Assembly (NCBI GenBank): GCA_030704615.1
Contig: JAKLZA010000041.1
Location: 1-25,000 of the forward strand
Reading direction: 5' to 3'
DNA: 25,000 nucleotides
From: Takakia lepidozioides
Taxonomy: Eukaryota > Plantae > Bryophyta
In this document: in pieces, positions 10,976-22,466 of the stretch
How the letters are laid out: each line of letters begins with the position of its first letter
Position numbering within the stretch: the stretch's first letter is position 1
Notes under the pieces: model-generated
Seen by the model: the letters and a program-made list of their open reading frames with translations, nothing else
Told to the model about the DNA's origin: nothing
The model's database searches: none
Translations under genes and position numbers: made by a program

Positions 10976-10981
10976 AATAAA
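10976..10981 (+). terminator. Candidate polyadenylation signal for LAS
   Basis: AATAAA 400 bp after the stop codon. Plant signals are degenerate, so support is weak. Confidence 0.3.
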
Positions 10982-13889
10982 ATGCGGGAAGAGAGTTCTA
11001 ACGGTCTAACATAAACGTAGCGCGGTACATATACAACTAGTAGAGTGTGAGTTAGGACTCCTAATTTCATTCTTTCTCCTGGAATTTCAGGACGGACAAA
11101 CAGAAATCTGTTTCATAAAGAGATCTCTCTGATGCAGAATATTTTCTTCCAGATCCATCTGAAATCTATGTATACATCATGCAGTTTGTCTGATGGGTGT
11201 CTCTTACTTTGGTTACAAGTGTCCAGAGGTTGTTTTTATCAAGGTAACTTGTAACTTGCTCGAGCCACGATTCTACAAGCCAAATCTTGGCATAGTTGTT
11301 GTGCACGCACTTGATCTTTGTATGCTACCAGCTCATTGCTTGCTTCAGTTCAGACAATCGAGAACACTCGCCGCTATGCTCGTCACAGATGGCGATTTGC
11401 TAAAGGATTCCTCATCTATCGTTGCTCACAAGTACTTATTGGGTCCAGAAAATTGCATTAGTGCATGTCACTGGAGGATCTCGTGGAACCTGAAGTAGCA
11501 ACCTGTGTATGATCAATCTGTTGGGGGTCAGCTGTTGACGTCACTTGTTGGTTTTCTGGATTTAGCTTTGATGACTACATGAGAGCTCCTAGCGTCCTCC
11601 GCAAGTGTCCATGGAATATTCATGACATCTGCACACGCCCATCGATCGAAACTTGGTCAACTACTCAATTGTAAGCATTCCGTTATGTGGTCACCCATTA
11701 TAGACCAGCAGCTACCATCCACATGTTGTCATCGAAAGCTTCCCAATTATTAGTGAGTGCTCTACTATCTAGAAGCCTAACTAGCCTGCCTAGCCGGAGA
11801 TGGCGCACCCTGTCTGGAGTTCACACACAAGCTACCGGTTTTCGTCCCCCTCAAATATTGTAACACTTTTAAGCTCGCCTCATCAGGCTCGTAGAATCGA
11901 TCGAGATTTCCAAGATGGAGACCAGCTGAGATATTCATGAGCTTACAGCATTGTTACCCTGGTGACCTGATTATCATGTTCGATATGGATGTATTCTCGT
12001 ACTGGACACATCACATGCTCTAACCTGTGATCCAGGCCTGCAGGCCCAAGTCCGTACACACGAGACCAACTCTCCGCTTGAAATGCATAGTACACTTCTC
12101 CATATCACATTTAGGACTCGTGACTATTGCACAAAGTTGTGTAAGCGAGGGCCTCCACAATCCATGAGTGACCCTCTAGAGTGTCCAGACGCTCTCAAGT
12201 CTGGATTTATCCTCGTACTATGGGTCTTGATAGCACCTTTGTTATGAATCGACTCGTTCAGGATTATCAGTTATAGGGCAGTTATATACCAGCTTCATGA
12301 TAAGGATTTACAGTAACTTTCAGGGCCAATCCATACCACATCTATCTGTCTGGACTCTGCTGTGTCCTCCTTCGATTTCGAGAAGCTCTTCAACCTGTTG
12401 ATGATCTGAGCATGATCTAGTCTAGTGTACAGCAGCGCTGCACATAGGCATACAAAAGGGCCAACTTGGCTGAGTACATTTAAGGTGGCTGTTTGATTAT
12501 GTAATGTAAAGCAGTGGACATCCCACTTGTGAGCAATTAACACCGTTTTGACTCAAGAACTGTACATATACGGTGGACATGCCGACCCCATGCCGACACA
12601 CTAAGAAATTCGACCCACATTTGGCTCCTGACGTCTCATACCTTCCATACCTTCCAAGTTCCTGCCGTTGCTACATCTCAAAGTAGGACCGAATTTGCAG
12701 CAGTTTATTAGTGTAGTGTACTGAGTCCCGCTGCCTTATGTACACGCTCATTTAACAGTAATGAATCATGCATGTCTTGCCAATGTACTCGTGTACATTT
12801 CTTGTATAGGCACATTAGATTCCTGAAGCTGTATTGATAAACACAATTAACGCTTCATCGGGCGTTGCAACATGATTGAAAATCACCGAGGAAATCATTT
12901 CAAAGTGGGCCACTCTTGCTTTCTGTTCCGGAACAATACATAATTTACAACACTCACTCATTCATGCCCTGCAATAAGGATGTGGATTTACAGGATCCCT
13001 GCATTCACTCCCAGACAGAAATTCTTCACAAGCTATCTAGTACAAATGGACCCCCTGCTTCTTCAAATTTACACCTCAGCGTTGTATATGCAAGTCAGAA
13101 TGGTGAGACTTCATGACACCGTGTATTGTTGAGAAACAGATAGATTTATTAATCTGTGGGTCAACCTCCAGCAACTTGATTGCTCAAGAATATGGCAATC
13201 ATTCAAAGGAGGTACTCGTATATACAATTCAAAATTCCCTCCAGCTGTAGTGTACTAGCAAGTTATGGCCAAGGATTGAAGAAGCCCCAGTGTGCTAACT
13301 GCTGTATTGTATTGTTGTATTGGATCACTTCCTCCAGCACTTTATGCATTACATCATCTTGCTTGGATCTCATAAACAACAATGACTCACTCGCCCCCTT
13401 CACATCTGTCCATTGAACATTCTCTGTACTTCTCAGTATTGAAATGAACCCAAGCTACAGATCAAACTTCAAACACAAGAACTTTGAAATGATCACAATT
13501 AGTTCTCTCCCACAAGCAGTATAATGACAACGCCAATCATCAGTCACTAACTTCAATACATACACTGTACAACAAGCCTGATGAGGGCATTCAAAGCTCT
13601 AGCCTCTTATTCACTGTGCTCTACCATACCAATCATTCTCTGCATCCGTTAAATGCCCCCTTTATTATTTGCCTTAGACAAACCATTTTTGGCCTCAAGC
13701 CCAATAGAATTTTTCGGGGGGCAACAAGGCTCCAGAATTCTTCTGGCGAAAATTATGCCCCAGTGATTAATCCCATATCGTTTGTGCGGAATGTGGATGC
13801 CATTTGGGTATATTAAAACGATTCCGTCGACGAATTGCTTCATCCAGCACCGACTGCCCACGCCATTCGTTGAAGGGATCCAGAAATCC

Positions 13890-14660
13890 TGCACGTGTGA
13901 ACGGGCCGTTGCTGGAATCTGCAGTGCGCTGCGCTGTGTGAACGGAATCTGGAGGCCGAAAAGGGCACAGCGGGGGCCTGGGCATCGGTAGCGCCACGTA
14001 TGCCCTAGTGGTAGCGGGGAATCTAGGCCTACCGCTTAACCATAACTCTGACGGAATATTATAACAGCTGCCGTCAGTTCGCCCACGCAATCGCATGTTC
14101 CCCAAAGTTCCCACACCAACGTCGGCCATAAATCTAGCTCTTTTCATTCATTTCCATTTCCACTTTTCTGCGGATACAATATCTCATCCATCCAACTTAC
14201 GTTATGTTCCCCAGATCCCGATCACGCACGCGCGCACGGCCGCGCTGATTGCTGCCCTGGAGATGCGCGAACTCTGCCACATGGCTACATTTCTCCACGT
14301 GTCCATCCCTGATTAGCGGAAGGTCCTCAGATTATGATATTTTCCTGGTAGTCTCTGCCATTGGGAATCTCCCGCGTGGCTCTCATTCATTGCGTGTTTT
14401 AGATATGTAGTGTTACGTTTTACTTTTTATTGGTTTGCGTGTCGCGGTGGAGCTGGTAACTGGTTATGTAGCAGTAACGGTTGTTGGTTGGTTAAGGTCA
14501 GAGCAGCGACAAGGTTTGGTTAAGACAACAAGATCCATGTGGAGGGTATGTAATAAAGAAATGGCAGAGTGGGAGTGAGTTGGTGGGAGAGACGACTGTG
14601 AGTCGTGACGAGCGAGGGATTGATTCCTTTGGCAGCAAGTCTTGCATGCGCGTGCATGGG
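13890..14660. promoter_or_regulatory. CpG-rich cluster of bZIP/ABRE, NAC-type and RY motifs (candidate enhancer or orphan promoter)
   Basis: CACGTG 13892; GCCACGTA 13993; CACGTGTC 14296; CCGCGTGGC 14372; TTGCGTG at 14390, 14435 and (reverse) 14084; inverted CTGACGG/CCGTCAG at 14048/14071; TGCATG at 14643 and 14653. Confidence 0.4.
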
Positions 14661-16212
14661 CAAGTCTGGCGTTGAACCGATACCCAGCTAGCCATTTGAC
14701 TTGGTTGGGCTGGAATGATCTGTAAATTCTGCCAGGATCGATGGATCGATCATACATGTGCAGGCAGCCGGGTCAATGCTCTTGCGCTGGCCATCAACAA
14801 CGATAGTGGGATGCGTGTTGATCCGTGAGCTAATCAGGACTGAATGTTGGTCCTGCTTTCTGGCAAGCTCAGACCTGAGACTTTCGTTCTGCTTTGAATG
14901 ACTTAGATTAAGTTACAGTAACGCCTACCTAAAACAACAGACTTATCCTGGAGGTCTTGCCTGGGAACTACGTGGGTGATCAGCAATAACCAGTAGTGTT
15001 ATGATCAGTGGTTGTGTTGTTGACCAGCATGCTGGAAGTCCATGGTACTTACGTGAGAAGGAGAAATTTGTAACAACAACGTGGTGGTGGACATGACTAC
15101 TCTGGAAGAGGAAGATAGAGACTGATCTTGAAACTTGCGATTTTGAGGAAAGCAGTTTGGTGATATGTTGACAGTTGCTAAGAAGCATGGGTAGGTGAAG
15201 GATGCTCGACAGTGTCTGAGGGGAAAGGGAAAGAGTAATCCGTAGGACAAGATTGAAAACAAGTTGCTTGGATGCTAATGGTATTCGAGAACATGGTCTT
15301 GCTTTATTTCTAGATATAGACATTTTAGGAGCTTCCATTCCTCACCTCATCAACATTCCTCCAGGGTATTCAAAAGATCACAAGGCACTTTTATTGATAT
15401 ATGAAAATTATGGAATGGCTGTCGGGAGCATGTCAAATTCAAAATGATTTCTTCCACAGTTTCAGGATCCCGCTCTAATTCATTGTGCAGTCTTTTCCTA
15501 CTCTTCGTTTGCCTCCTGCCGGTTGAATAACCCCTCAGCTTTTTGAAAGTGTGCCCGCGACTGGGATTGGAAATCGACATTCATTGGCTTTGCCTGGAAA
15601 CATGTCCCTCGTTTGCCTTGCACTACCCCTCCATGATCGCATCTCCAATGCAGTGCCTTGCATTGGGCTAACATAACTATTGAGAACATGTCTGGGTTCT
15701 CATCCCACTGACAACAAGCACTCATGGTAAGCAATTCCAAGTCATCATGCAAATTAAAATTCGGCAATTCCTGCACTTTCCTGCACTTCCTGCACTTCTC
15801 AAAAACAATTGGAGAATTTTCACAAAATTGAGGATGGCGAAGGGCTAGACGACCCTTGAAGGCCTGCTCCACCTTATGGCTCCCACATCAGGACTCATGG
15901 CCCTTGTTGGGGGTCTTTCCCTCCCATTACTATATGTGTCATGTACCATAATGACCCTCCAAGGACTGTGCCACCTCATGGCTCGACACATCTGTACCAC
16001 TTTGTGGAAGTGTCTTGCCCTCCCTTCGTAAACCGACGAGTGGTGTCAAGCCGAGCCAGTGCTCGAGCAACGATAGGGGCTGACCCGTCTCAAATGCTGG
16101 GCATTCGGGTATTTTCTCAAGAGGGATACCAATACATCCAACGCCTGCGCCCACATTATAGGCTGCAAGGGCAGAACACCCCCAGCCAAGCCCCTTTCTT
16201 CTCCAGATTCTC

Positions 16213-16389
16213 TCACAGGATACTCAAGATCTTGTCCAACATGGCATCTTGTTTTAGGATATTGGTGTGGATCCCTTTCACCATGCCCTCAAGTTTAAGG
16301 AATTGTTCCTCCATCTTGTTAAGTCGTTCCTCGATCTTTTGCACATCCACCCCCTCTGGATGTGACCCCACTATTGTGGAAAGTACTGC
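16213..16389 (-). CDS. Putative coiled-coil exon, probably the 3' part of the TnpA-like gene
   Basis: After acceptor CTGACAG|, phase 0, it reads AVLSTIVGSHPEGVDVQKIEERLNKMEEQFLKLEGMVKGIHTNILKQDAMLDKILSIL* with a heptad pattern. Linkage to the TnpA exon is inference. Confidence 0.4.
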   Translation of the reverse strand, partial: AVLSTIVGSHPEGVDVQKIEERLNKMEEQFLKLEGMVKGIHTNILKQDAMLDKILSIL

Positions 16390-18640
16390 CTGTCAGAGCA
16401 CATAGTCAGTTAAATCATGGGGACAATATCTAGTTTTAAAGGTTGACATACATTCTTGCACGAACACAGACAGAACGTTAAGTATAAATGGTAACATCAA
16501 AGTATCACACATGTTTTTTGACATGGTCAACGCAAGGATAGAAGCAAACCACCATACGCAATCATGGACATTTCCCAGCTGGAGGGAGCTACTGGCCCGA
16601 TGTCTTTTTAGGATCACTAGCCTGGGGTGTGAGTACCAAAATAATAATTCTCCTAAATTCAAGTGTTACATTCTACGGACATTCTACATGCACTATTGAC
16701 ACACTTCAATTGCAGTGGTCAACTTAAAGTGTTTCTCCCAATCACAATCAGCGAGCTTCATATCACTCATAGAATTCATTACATTGGCTCTTGCTGACTC
16801 AAATCCAAAACATAGACCTGGCACAACCATGTTCAATTGTCTTTAGAGACAGCGGCTACCTTGACAATAACAAAACCTAGTACAAACTGCAGTCTGTTAT
16901 CCACAGTTCCTTTCCAGAATTAAGAGTTTCAGGTGACCAAGTGGCTAGGGCAGGGGAGAGTGGTTGAGCAAACCACCATGCAAGAAGCAACCTCAACTAC
17001 AAGGGAGAAGGCCAGGAAGCCACAAGACATCAACACCAAATCCACAGAGCAGGACATGCCGAGGGCCAAGACCATAACACTTGTAATCCTGGGAAGGCCA
17101 ACTCCAATTATGCTTGTACATAGGAGCCATAACACCAGGGGCAATTAGGAGCAGCCAAGGAGACAAGCTTCACTCTGATTGAAGTGCAGCTATAGCCAGC
17201 TGAGGAACTTGCTTGCATCATGCCGGTCCTGCCCAGCAAGAATCAGTGGATGGGCAGAAAAACTTGGCCATGGGCTGTTCTAAGTTGGTGTTGTCCTTAA
17301 AATGGAAGCCCAACCACTGGTTCTGAACCACATATATTGTTCAAGGAGAACAAAGAGATATCCCCTAAGTATTTCTCCAACTTGCAGACGAAGCTGAACC
17401 CAACCAAGTTATTGGTGATCAAAGAGTATTTCTTCTCTTTCTTTCTTCTCTCTAGTCATCTTTTGGATACCTCTGCATTCAGAGTTTCCCTCACAGCATC
17501 ATGACCACATATGTGTATCTTGCTGTTGGCTCCAGTATTTAAGGGTAAAATACCAGAAAGAACTAGAGTCTACTGAGAGAAGGTCCATGCAAGCAATGGA
17601 GAAGGTCCTTAAAGCACTGGTGGAAGCAATCAAAGTAAAGAGAGAAGGGAACCTCATCCTGGTGGACACAGTTTGTGATACAAGCGAAAAATCGAGGAGC
17701 ACCACAAAGATTGAATCCATGTGTATCCATCCAACACCCATGACACTAGATTTGAGGTTTGAAATTATATAACCCTAAACCCTAAAATTGAGGTAAACGT
17801 TGAGGGTTGAACTTATACAGTCTCATCATCCCTTTACCCATCTTTACATATCCCCTCCCACGACTTCAATACTCATGTTATACTGTACTGCCTTCTGCAT
17901 GTACAGGACACAACAAGAATCCAACAGAGCACAAATGATCACATATAGATATGCAAAAAGCATTTCCATTAACAGATGTACAGGCACCAACCTGGTTTTA
18001 TTTTAACGTGGTGTGGGATATCCTTTAATTGCATCCCTTGAGGATTCCTTATCAACCCCCTAAAAATATCATTTCCTAAAAGGTTATGCATAGGGCACAG
18101 AGGAGCGATAATGTATGCCACTTCAACTTCACAGCAGAAGTGTGACAGCAAAATCAGAACAGCCTCATGTATGTCCACACCATTGTTTTCAGAGTGGCAA
18201 CGGATACTATTTCCTGGTCATTTCCCTTTGCTCTTTCATTTTCTGTTAGCTTCAACCTAAGAAAAATGCTTGACTCAATTAATAGAAAACTTGGTTTCCA
18301 AAGAGAGACCGTCAAAGACATTCTGAAGCACTTAGACAGTGATCATCATCGCACAACACGTGTAAGTCAGATGTGATGTGCTCAGGTGTGACCGAGGGGT
18401 AAAGTGAGTTCAGCCAAGGCTACTAGTCCACCTGCGGAAGAAAATAAACAGGACCAGTCACGCCCATTCTCAAATTGCTTCCCAAGCTTTTGTGCCTGTA
18501 CCTCTATTTACCAACTTTGAAAATCTCGAGGCTGAGCCAAAAACCCAGCCCTTTTGGGGCCTAGCTATTGGCAAATCACACGCAGCAGATTGATGCTTGT
18601 GTAAAAGGATTTGTAGAGGATATCTGGATAACTAGGATCA

Positions 18641-19086
18641 CTTGTCTGTTCCAAGGTAAGTCATCACAAAGGTGGTTTCTGTCCCTTTGTGTTCGGCTCA
18701 AGCTGGGCGCAGGGTCAATGGCCACAAGGCTACGGCAAACAACGTCTTATAAGTACATTCTCTTATGGTTGAGGGGATGGCCTTCAAAGACCACGAGCAA
18801 GGATCATGCGTCACAACTGCAGGCCCATGTGAAAACTGCCCCATGAGGGTTATATCTGCAGTATGAGCACCTATAAAACTAAGTTGACCATGGTTTACAT
18901 CGACATGACTACACACTTGTCTCTTTCTTTCTCTCTCTCTAAATCTTGTATGTTTCAAGGTAAGTCATACTACCGGCATCAGCCCCTGACAAAGATAGTT
19001 TCTGTCCCTTTGTCTTCCGCTCAAACTGGGAACAGGATCAAAGGCCACAAGGCTACGGCACACGCCGTCTTATGAGTACGTTCTCT
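18641..19086. repeat. Diverged direct repeat pair (18641-18763 and 18945-19086)
   Basis: Shared blocks CAAGGTAAGTCAT, GTTTCTGTCCCTTTGT, GGCCACAAGGCTACGGCA and CGTCTTAT.AGTAC.TTCTCT. The second copy has a ~20-bp insertion. Confidence 0.9.
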
Positions 19087-19155
19087 CTCCAAATCGGTAC
19101 ACATTTCCCAGTGAGACAAGATTATATCAAAGCAATTGGAGATACAGATACTCAC

Positions 19156-19962
19156 CAAATGAGCTTCTTGCACACTTGTAACCCCAGCCCGCTTACTGTG
19201 GTGGGGAGTTTTCACTGCTGCCCGTGCCCGCTTCATAATAGTTGATCTGTGTACGGCTTTCTCTGAGGTCCAATGATTCACCAATCCATCCCACTGCTTC
19301 TGGGGAACATATCCGGGCTTGCAGCCACCATTCGTCCAAAGTACCTTCCACCTCGCACGTTCCGATTTGAGAAGGTGACCAATGTGTGAGCGGAGCACTG
19401 AGTCAGACAATGGATAGTCCTGGTATTCAAACTGATGGGACAATAAGTCCTTGATGGCGACAATTTTCTCCACGGGCTGCAGTCGAACATCATCAATTGA
19501 CATGTCCAAGAACCTAAGGACATGCCCTCGAGTGATCTGCAACCATTTGGGCCTTCCATCCCCAATGATCTTTCCCTTCTCATTACACTGCACTACATAC
19601 CGGGGTAGGCCTTCCTCAATACTTTCTTTCCCCAAAGCTTCCATCTCTTTGGCAACGCCTCTTCTGTGACTACGCATGCCATTCTCCTTAGCATGAGGGC
19701 TGTCAGGGGTATTGCTTGCACCCTTGGGGACAATCTGAGGGGCAGGTTTTGTTGCTTGCATGTTAGGCCACCCAAACTCACCCCAACCACCACTTCCCCC
19801 CATAGGGGGAGGTCCCCATGGTCCCCACGGGTTTGCTGCCCAGTTGTATTGGCCCGCCCAAGGAGGGGGACCCCAAACAACTGGTGGAAGACTAGGAGGG
19901 TGGACGTGAGAGAGAGGTACCTTCTCTAGTGTATGCCTCTTCTTCTTTTTGCGGGACTGGTC
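19156..19962 (-). mobile_element. CACTA/En-Spm TnpA-like (Ptta/En/Spm, Transposase_24-type) coding exon, 269 codons, stop-free
   Basis: Acceptor CTGTAG|GAC at 19962 and donor TTG|GTGAGT at 19156, both phase 0. Encodes NLS-like RKKKKR, a P/G/W-rich tract, then CNEKGKIIG...RARWK...KPGYVPQKQWDGLVNHWTSEKAVHRSTIMKRARAAVKTPHHSKRAG, matching the recalled P-x-x-V-x3-W-x2-L-x3-W...RS-x3-K-x2-R-x6-H pattern. No CACTA termini or DDE transposase were seen. Confidence 0.75.
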
Positions 19963-21579
19963 CTACAGTCCAGCATATAAACGGTTAGCTTACATACTTC
20001 CCTGCTACGACATACAGTGGAAGATAGGCATTTACCTGCAGGATGCTAACCCAGAAGGCCCTGAGGTCCACGTACTTAAAACTACCATACTGGTTGGCTG
20101 GAAAGCCCTTAGTTGCAGATACCAGCAACAAACACAAGGAATCAGATTTGGAATAAGTATGTGCGAGGATTGCCTTTACTGCAGATCAACAAGCAAAAGT
20201 AACATAGCATAATCTTTCATTTGTCACAGGCTATAGTTATGATGAGAACTACATCCACAAACAAAACCTACATTATGTTGAACTCAGATTCTTTGAGTGG
20301 ATCAACAGTTAGGAACCGCTTGATTCTTGGCTTGAGAGGGTTGTCGATGGTGCTGAAGGCTTTTAATCTCAGAGAAGGGTGAGCTGTCAGAAACACTTGA
20401 ACAGATTCTGGCTTTCAGTGTTACACTAATAAAATGTGCGAGGCCAGGAACGCATATGTCTCTCTCACAGATTTGGGCCTTGGACCCAAATAGCTTTGTC
20501 AGATTGAAGGGAGGCACATCCAAGGGCTATCTCTGAAATCAGAAACTATCCATCATCTGAATACACTGTGACATTTATAATTTCTGCTTTTCAATCCCTT
20601 TACCGTCTAGGACATAAATCCTTCTTTTGGCCATATGACTCAGTTGGTCCGATTGGATGGCAAGTGATTTTACCAACTAAGTGGAGATCCAGACATCAGC
20701 TAAGACTGAGGTAGAAAGATCATAAACCCTAAATTAAGTTTATTTGACATACACAAACAATGCAGGCCCAACATTTGTCACCTACATGGCAAGAAACATC
20801 ATTAGGTGGTTTACTGGAAATATTGCCATGCTAACCGCTTTACAAATGGATTGGGGTAGACACTTCAGTTTGTTTGCCAGGACCACTTAAAGGATGAATT
20901 ATAAATATGAAACAGAGAACAGTATAATGAGGATAAAGGAGCATCTGTCTGAACAATCCACTCCCAGCTCCAAACGAGCAATGTTGACAACCTTACAAAG
21001 TCAGATTTGCCAATCCATGATCCATAAGAAGAAAAGCAACCATCAAACATTAACGCCTCACTCATTCTCACATGCAACGCACACATTAATCACAAAAAGA
21101 GGTAAAATGACTTGTGATAATCTGCTTCAAGAACTAACTCAATTGGATCTCTCAAGTGGTGCAATGCCTCATTTGTGGACACCCCCAATCTTACCCAGAA
21201 GATTAGATTGACCAGATGCCTCCTACAAACGCAGCTCATCTAAATACCCTGCAACTCTTCCTTTGCCAAATGTAGCAGGCTGGTTTGCCATACAGAATTG
21301 ACCTGTCGATGTAACACCTATTTCCATATACATTTTGTGAAGAAAACTTGGAAAATAGAGGTCAACGAATTTCAATCCGAGTTGACACCTATCCATGCAA
21401 TCAAGTCTGTGGTATTTGCTACTTGAAAATGGATCATCTCAACCACTTCTGCAACCATTGAAGGCTGTATGTTGTGGACTTCTACGTTTGTGTGTATGTC
21501 AAAGAAACAGAAGGACGATACGTGTCACATCAGCAGGAGGCTCTGAGGGCTTAGGGACTCAATCCACACCAGACTTCAC

Positions 21580-21580
<1 letters not shown>

Positions 21581-21610
<30 letters not shown>
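21581..21610. repeat. (AC)15 microsatellite
   Basis: Perfect dinucleotide run. Confidence 0.97.
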
Positions 21611-21615
<5 letters not shown>

Positions 21616-21824
21616 ATACGGCCACAGAGGTCCGCCATGACTTAGGGTACAACAAACTGAAGAGAAAGGAAAAATAAACAATCAAACTCCAATAACAACA
21701 AGACTCAGGTGATAGATCCTTTCTTCCTTTCTTCCTCTCTGCCTCTCCCAGATAGTCGCAGGGCCTAAGGTTAAAGACGTTAAATGCAAAACATAAGAGA
21801 GGGAGACAAGAGAGGAGACCGTAC

Positions 21825-21971
21825 CTTCTTGTCATCATGTGACGCAGCGCGCCTGGATCCAGATCCCCTGCGGTTTGTTCGTGCTACTACCTCGAGCTCG
21901 GCTTCCTCCTCCTCCGCTTCCAGTTCATCGTTGTAAGGCTCGCTTGACTCGTCGGTACTCTCCCCTGCCAT
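21825..21971 (-). pseudogene. Isolated first-exon fragment resembling the acidic N-terminus of plant ISWI chromatin remodellers (CHR11/CHR17-like)
   Basis: ATG at 21971 begins 49 codons, MAGESTDESSEPYNDELEAEEEEAELEVVARTNRRGSGSRRAASHDDKK, ending at the phase-0 donor AAG|GTACGG. EEEEAELEVVAR resembles the recalled plant ISWI motif EEEDEEELEAVAR. A CT-rich leader lies upstream; no SNF2 ATPase exons were found in the window. Confidence 0.5.
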
Positions 21972-22142
21972 TACTGACAATGAAGCTAATAATGTCTACA
22001 AACCGGCACACCGTCCAAGTAGTACGTTGAATGGAGTTATCGCAGGATCGTGACTGCATCACATCTTCTCTCCTCCCTAAACATCAGAGAAGGAAGATGT
22101 GAGAAAAGAGGACGGTAGGACAGAGAGTGCGCCATGGGAGAC

Positions 22143-22451
22143 AAAAACCACGACGTAAACAGTGACACAAGTCAACACAAGTCATTTCGATGACTGGACC
22201 ATGACTATCTAGTCACACATTCCGCTGCCATGTGGAACAGGCTTGTGGAGTCAGTGTAGATGCATACAGGAGGAGTAGAGAGCTGGCATATTGCTTCTCT
22301 TAAAAACAACGACGTGAACAGTGACACAAGTCAACGCAAGTCATTTCGATGACTGGATCATGACTATCTAGTCACACACTCCGCTGCAATGTGGAACAGG
22401 CTTGTGGAGTCAGTGTAGATGCATACAGGAGGAGTAGAGAGCTGGCATATT
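22143..22451. repeat. Tandem duplication, two ~150-bp copies, period 159 bp
   Basis: 22143-22292 and 22302-22451 are colinear with only a handful of substitutions. Confidence 0.97.
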
Positions 22452-22466
22452 CCGTCTCCTGATGCT

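Noticed and set aside
13767-14147. 126-aa minus-strand ORF in the CpG-rich segment
   Set aside because: No recognisable homology; locally high GC explains the open frame.
12708-14412. TGTAGTG motifs (~12712, ~13246, ~14406) as CACTA termini
   Set aside because: No adjacent subterminal repeats, matching opposite end or TSD.
15057-15278. Protein-like + frame (EGEICNNNVVVDMTTLEEEDRD...) with five internal stops
   Set aside because: Possibly a decayed TE ORF, but unidentifiable. Any stop codon can be explained by C-to-T change, so that is not evidence.
15498-15872. Cys-rich ORF (KCRKCRKVQELP) as a zinc finger
   Set aside because: The Cys pattern comes from a 3x CCTGCACTT micro-repeat at ~15770-15798, and the ligand spacing is unconvincing.
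17771-17786. (CCCTAAA)2, plus AAACCCTAAA at 20724-20733
   Set aside because: Too short for an interstitial telomere; telo-box-like motifs are common in plant DNA.
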